Origin: Octopus vulgaris
Taxonomy: Eukaryota
DNA length: 64,000 bases
Direction of reading: 5' to 3'
Assembly (NCBI GenBank): GCA_951406725.2
Contig: OX597820.1
Span: forward strand, 108,128,001-108,192,000
The notes under the pieces were generated by a model that was not told the origin of the DNA, did not search any database, and saw nothing but the letters and a program-made list of their open reading frames with translations. Positions 61,310 to 64,000 of the stretch are shown piece by piece (position 1 is the first letter of the stretch; each line of letters opens with the position of its first letter). The translations under genes and the position numbers were made by a program.

Positions 61310-63500
61310 CTAGTAATGCATCCCGGTGTTGCCCAGGTGTTATGACTTACAGCCACATTGTATTATTTGTTTCTTTCTTATGGGTAGAATTGGCACATGA
61401 GGTGTGTGAAATAAAAACACTTCTTTGTAAACATGTTTTTCAGTCATTTTGTGATGAACAATGTTAAAATTGTTGACACCAAAAACATGTAGAATGGTAG
61501 CTTAAATTAGAAGGAAATTCTAATATTGCCCCTAGATTTACAGATTTAAAGGATTGGATGCTGTATAAGGACGTAGAGGTATCCATATTGCAGAAAGTAA
61601 GGTACATAGAAAGAAAGCTGCTTCATTATGAAAATCATCATCTCTAAATGTTTGGGCAGACTGTACATTTCAGTGAAGCCGACAATGCTTCTGGGTAAAC
61701 TATGTTTTGTGTAAGCCTAGTGTTGATAGAATAAATATACTAGTCATCTGCACTGCTAACTCAAGAGCATACGACATATAGTTGTCCATGAGAAAAGCAG
61801 GGTATTTGTAAATTGAGACCCACAATTTTTAAAGTATGACCCTGGGCTTTGTTGATTGTCATAGCAAAGCAGAATTGTACTGGGAACTGGAGGAGCTTGA
61901 ATTATAACGACACATTTGAATGAATAAGGGGCATGCATGGAATGTATGTGATCTCTCCTCAATGACAGCAGGTAATAATGGTTGCTTGTAGGACATGACT
62001 TGTCATTGTAGTTACAGTCAATTATGTACTATTGTATAGTCGTGGTTGAAATTCCTTGGTGCACTTTTCTTTAGGAAAAACTAATGCAGTGGCAGTCCTG
62101 TGGGTTGTAGAGAGTTGAGAAATTCAACTGGATAGTCAACAGTGGCATGTTCATCGATGGTAGTATCAAAGGAGACAAACGTTGAAGCATTTCCAGGTAG
62201 AATGTGGAGGAGTTCATGGTTTACTTTATCAACACTTTCATTCTGAGGTGCTAAAATAGCTCTCTCTGCAAACCACGCTATGTTTTTGAAGTTGTCTTGT
62301 AATGTGGGAAATACCTTTCCCTTAAGCTCAGCCAGTGTAGACACCAAGTGCCCACATTGCAATACATGCTGTTGCAGGGTGTTATTCAACGCTAAAGCAC
62401 CATTTCCAATTAGTGTAAGTTGATGAAAGAATCCCTCAGTTGTAGAGATGAGCTCATATATTGTTGCTTGATGAAAGCTGACAAATAAACCTCCACAGAG
62501 GTGAAAAAATCAGACACACATAGATGTTGACTGCTCGCGTACCCCATGGTATGACTGGTAATGTTCAACGGAAATCCCCTGTGAGGATAACAGTTAAGCC
62601 CCTTCTCCATAACAGCAGCACTGTTTCTAATATCCCTAAGTGACCAATCTTGGTCTTCTACTGTGTCATCATGTATTCATCCCAGGCGATATGGGTAGTT
62701 TAGAGCAGAAGTTCCGCCGTCGGTGATTGTTTTCAAATATTACGCATTTGGGCATTGCTGAAGTGAGTTTTCTTGACCGCAAATAGAAGTAGTTTTCTTT
62801 GCAGCCCTTGTTTGTGGAGATAAATGAGAATGTCTTTGTTTTGGTGGTATGACTGAAAAGAGCAAACAATTAAGGAACATATAAGATGGAAGACATAGCA
62901 ATTTGAAGTTGTGCATTGTATATTTTGATTTTTTAGTAACGAAAAGATGGGGTGAAAATGCATATATCAATTTGTATACCATTATTTTGAGAAGCGGTAA
63001 ACTGAATGATTTGGCTATGCTCTGTCTTGATAAGCGTAATGAATTCTGTTAGCTGATATAGAGTGGAGTGGATCACTGGTGTAATGGATGTTATTATTTG
63101 TCCAGAAGTGAAGTGAGGAGGGGTGCAATTTGCATGCAAGTGATTTATGTTCTTAAGAAGGATCACAAACTATGTACTGTTTCATGGAATAAAATGGGGT
63201 TAATACGATTTTGGCCAGAAATCTTGTTTTCAGAATTATAATTTCCCCACTCCTCACCAAAATTTCCTAATTTTAAACTGTTTTTCGAATTTTGTTTTTT
63301 TATGCACATGGAAAAGTACAGAGGTGTAGGAAATATAATTTGCTTTCGAAACTTTAAATTTTCTGAAAGAAATACTGAATGCCCCTTCCCTCACCCCAGC
63401 CACTCATCGGCTACTCACTTTTGGGCAAAATGCAAATCTCCTGTATGGGTAACATATAGGAATGTGAGTAAATTAAGGAAAGAAATAAGTTGATGGTGAG
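61310..63500 (-). mobile_element. Helitron remnant with PIF1-type helicase fragments
   Basis: Minus-strand 3' CTAG with hairpin CCTGGGCAACACCGGG; ORF 62081-62389 WFAERAILAPQNESVDKVN...YPVEFLNSLQPTGLP; FSWTT-YVVCSRV-like motif near 61760-61800. The 5' boundary is uncertain. Confidence 0.8.
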
Positions 63501-64000
63501 TACGCAAATGTCATCTCAGACAAGCTAGAAACAACAGGTAAAGGACATGGTTTCTGAGATAACTTCCTTGTAAGTTTAAATGAAAGATCAGGTTTTGAAA
63601 TACGCTCCTCACAAACAAGAATGACAGAATAGGAAAAGATAATTTCCATAGGATTTGAGGTGTAATTTAGCACACACCAAAAAATAACATAATTCATACA
63701 GAACTTTGACTCTGTGTGTGTGTGTGCGCACCAAAGGAAGTTATTTTTACATACCTTTCTTAATTCCAAAAGAAGGAAATGTAGTGAAGTTGTAATATGT
63801 CAACAGCAGAATGTCTCCGTACATTATAATGAGAAATTGAAAGAGAAAGATAATGCCTAATTCTACACATGCGTGAAACATGGGACAAAAGTGAAAATGA
63901 CCTTAAAATTGTATGACATGACCTTGTTTCTGGGGTTCTCGGCGTCCCCTTCTCTTCCGCTTTCCTCTTTGTGCCGCTTTCTTTCACCTTCACCTATAGA

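Overview
AT-rich eukaryotic (metazoan) genomic DNA. The repeat content suggests a cephalopod, probably octopus; this is an inference. The whole window lies inside one + strand gene, nucleoprotein TPR (Tpr/Megator/Mlp1 family). I read 17 consecutive coding exons with GT-AG boundaries and compatible phases (1977 nt, about 659 aa of the coiled-coil region); the gene starts before and ends after the window. The introns are full of mobile DNA: many RTE-clade LINE copies (one with a 919-aa open EN-RT ORF carrying a PHD-like finger), CR1/L2-type LINE pieces, tRNA-derived SINEs, DD37D and DD34D Tc1/mariner elements, hAT and piggyBac remnants, Helitrons, (TA)n-rich microsatellites and a 4.7-kb higher-order tandem array. 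The most notable unannotated signals are: (i) type I hammerhead-ribozyme motifs with an extended stem II, inside short Penelope/retrozyme-like units inserted in (TA)n, one as a 431-bp partial tandem and one as a 191-bp-arm palindrome; (ii) a TTCTTTTCAG|(G/A)T splice-acceptor-like motif kept just upstream of the endonuclease in four RTE copies; (iii) a ~10-kb composite in intron 4 bounded by ~350-bp inverted repeats. All coordinates were read by eye and may be off by a few bases.
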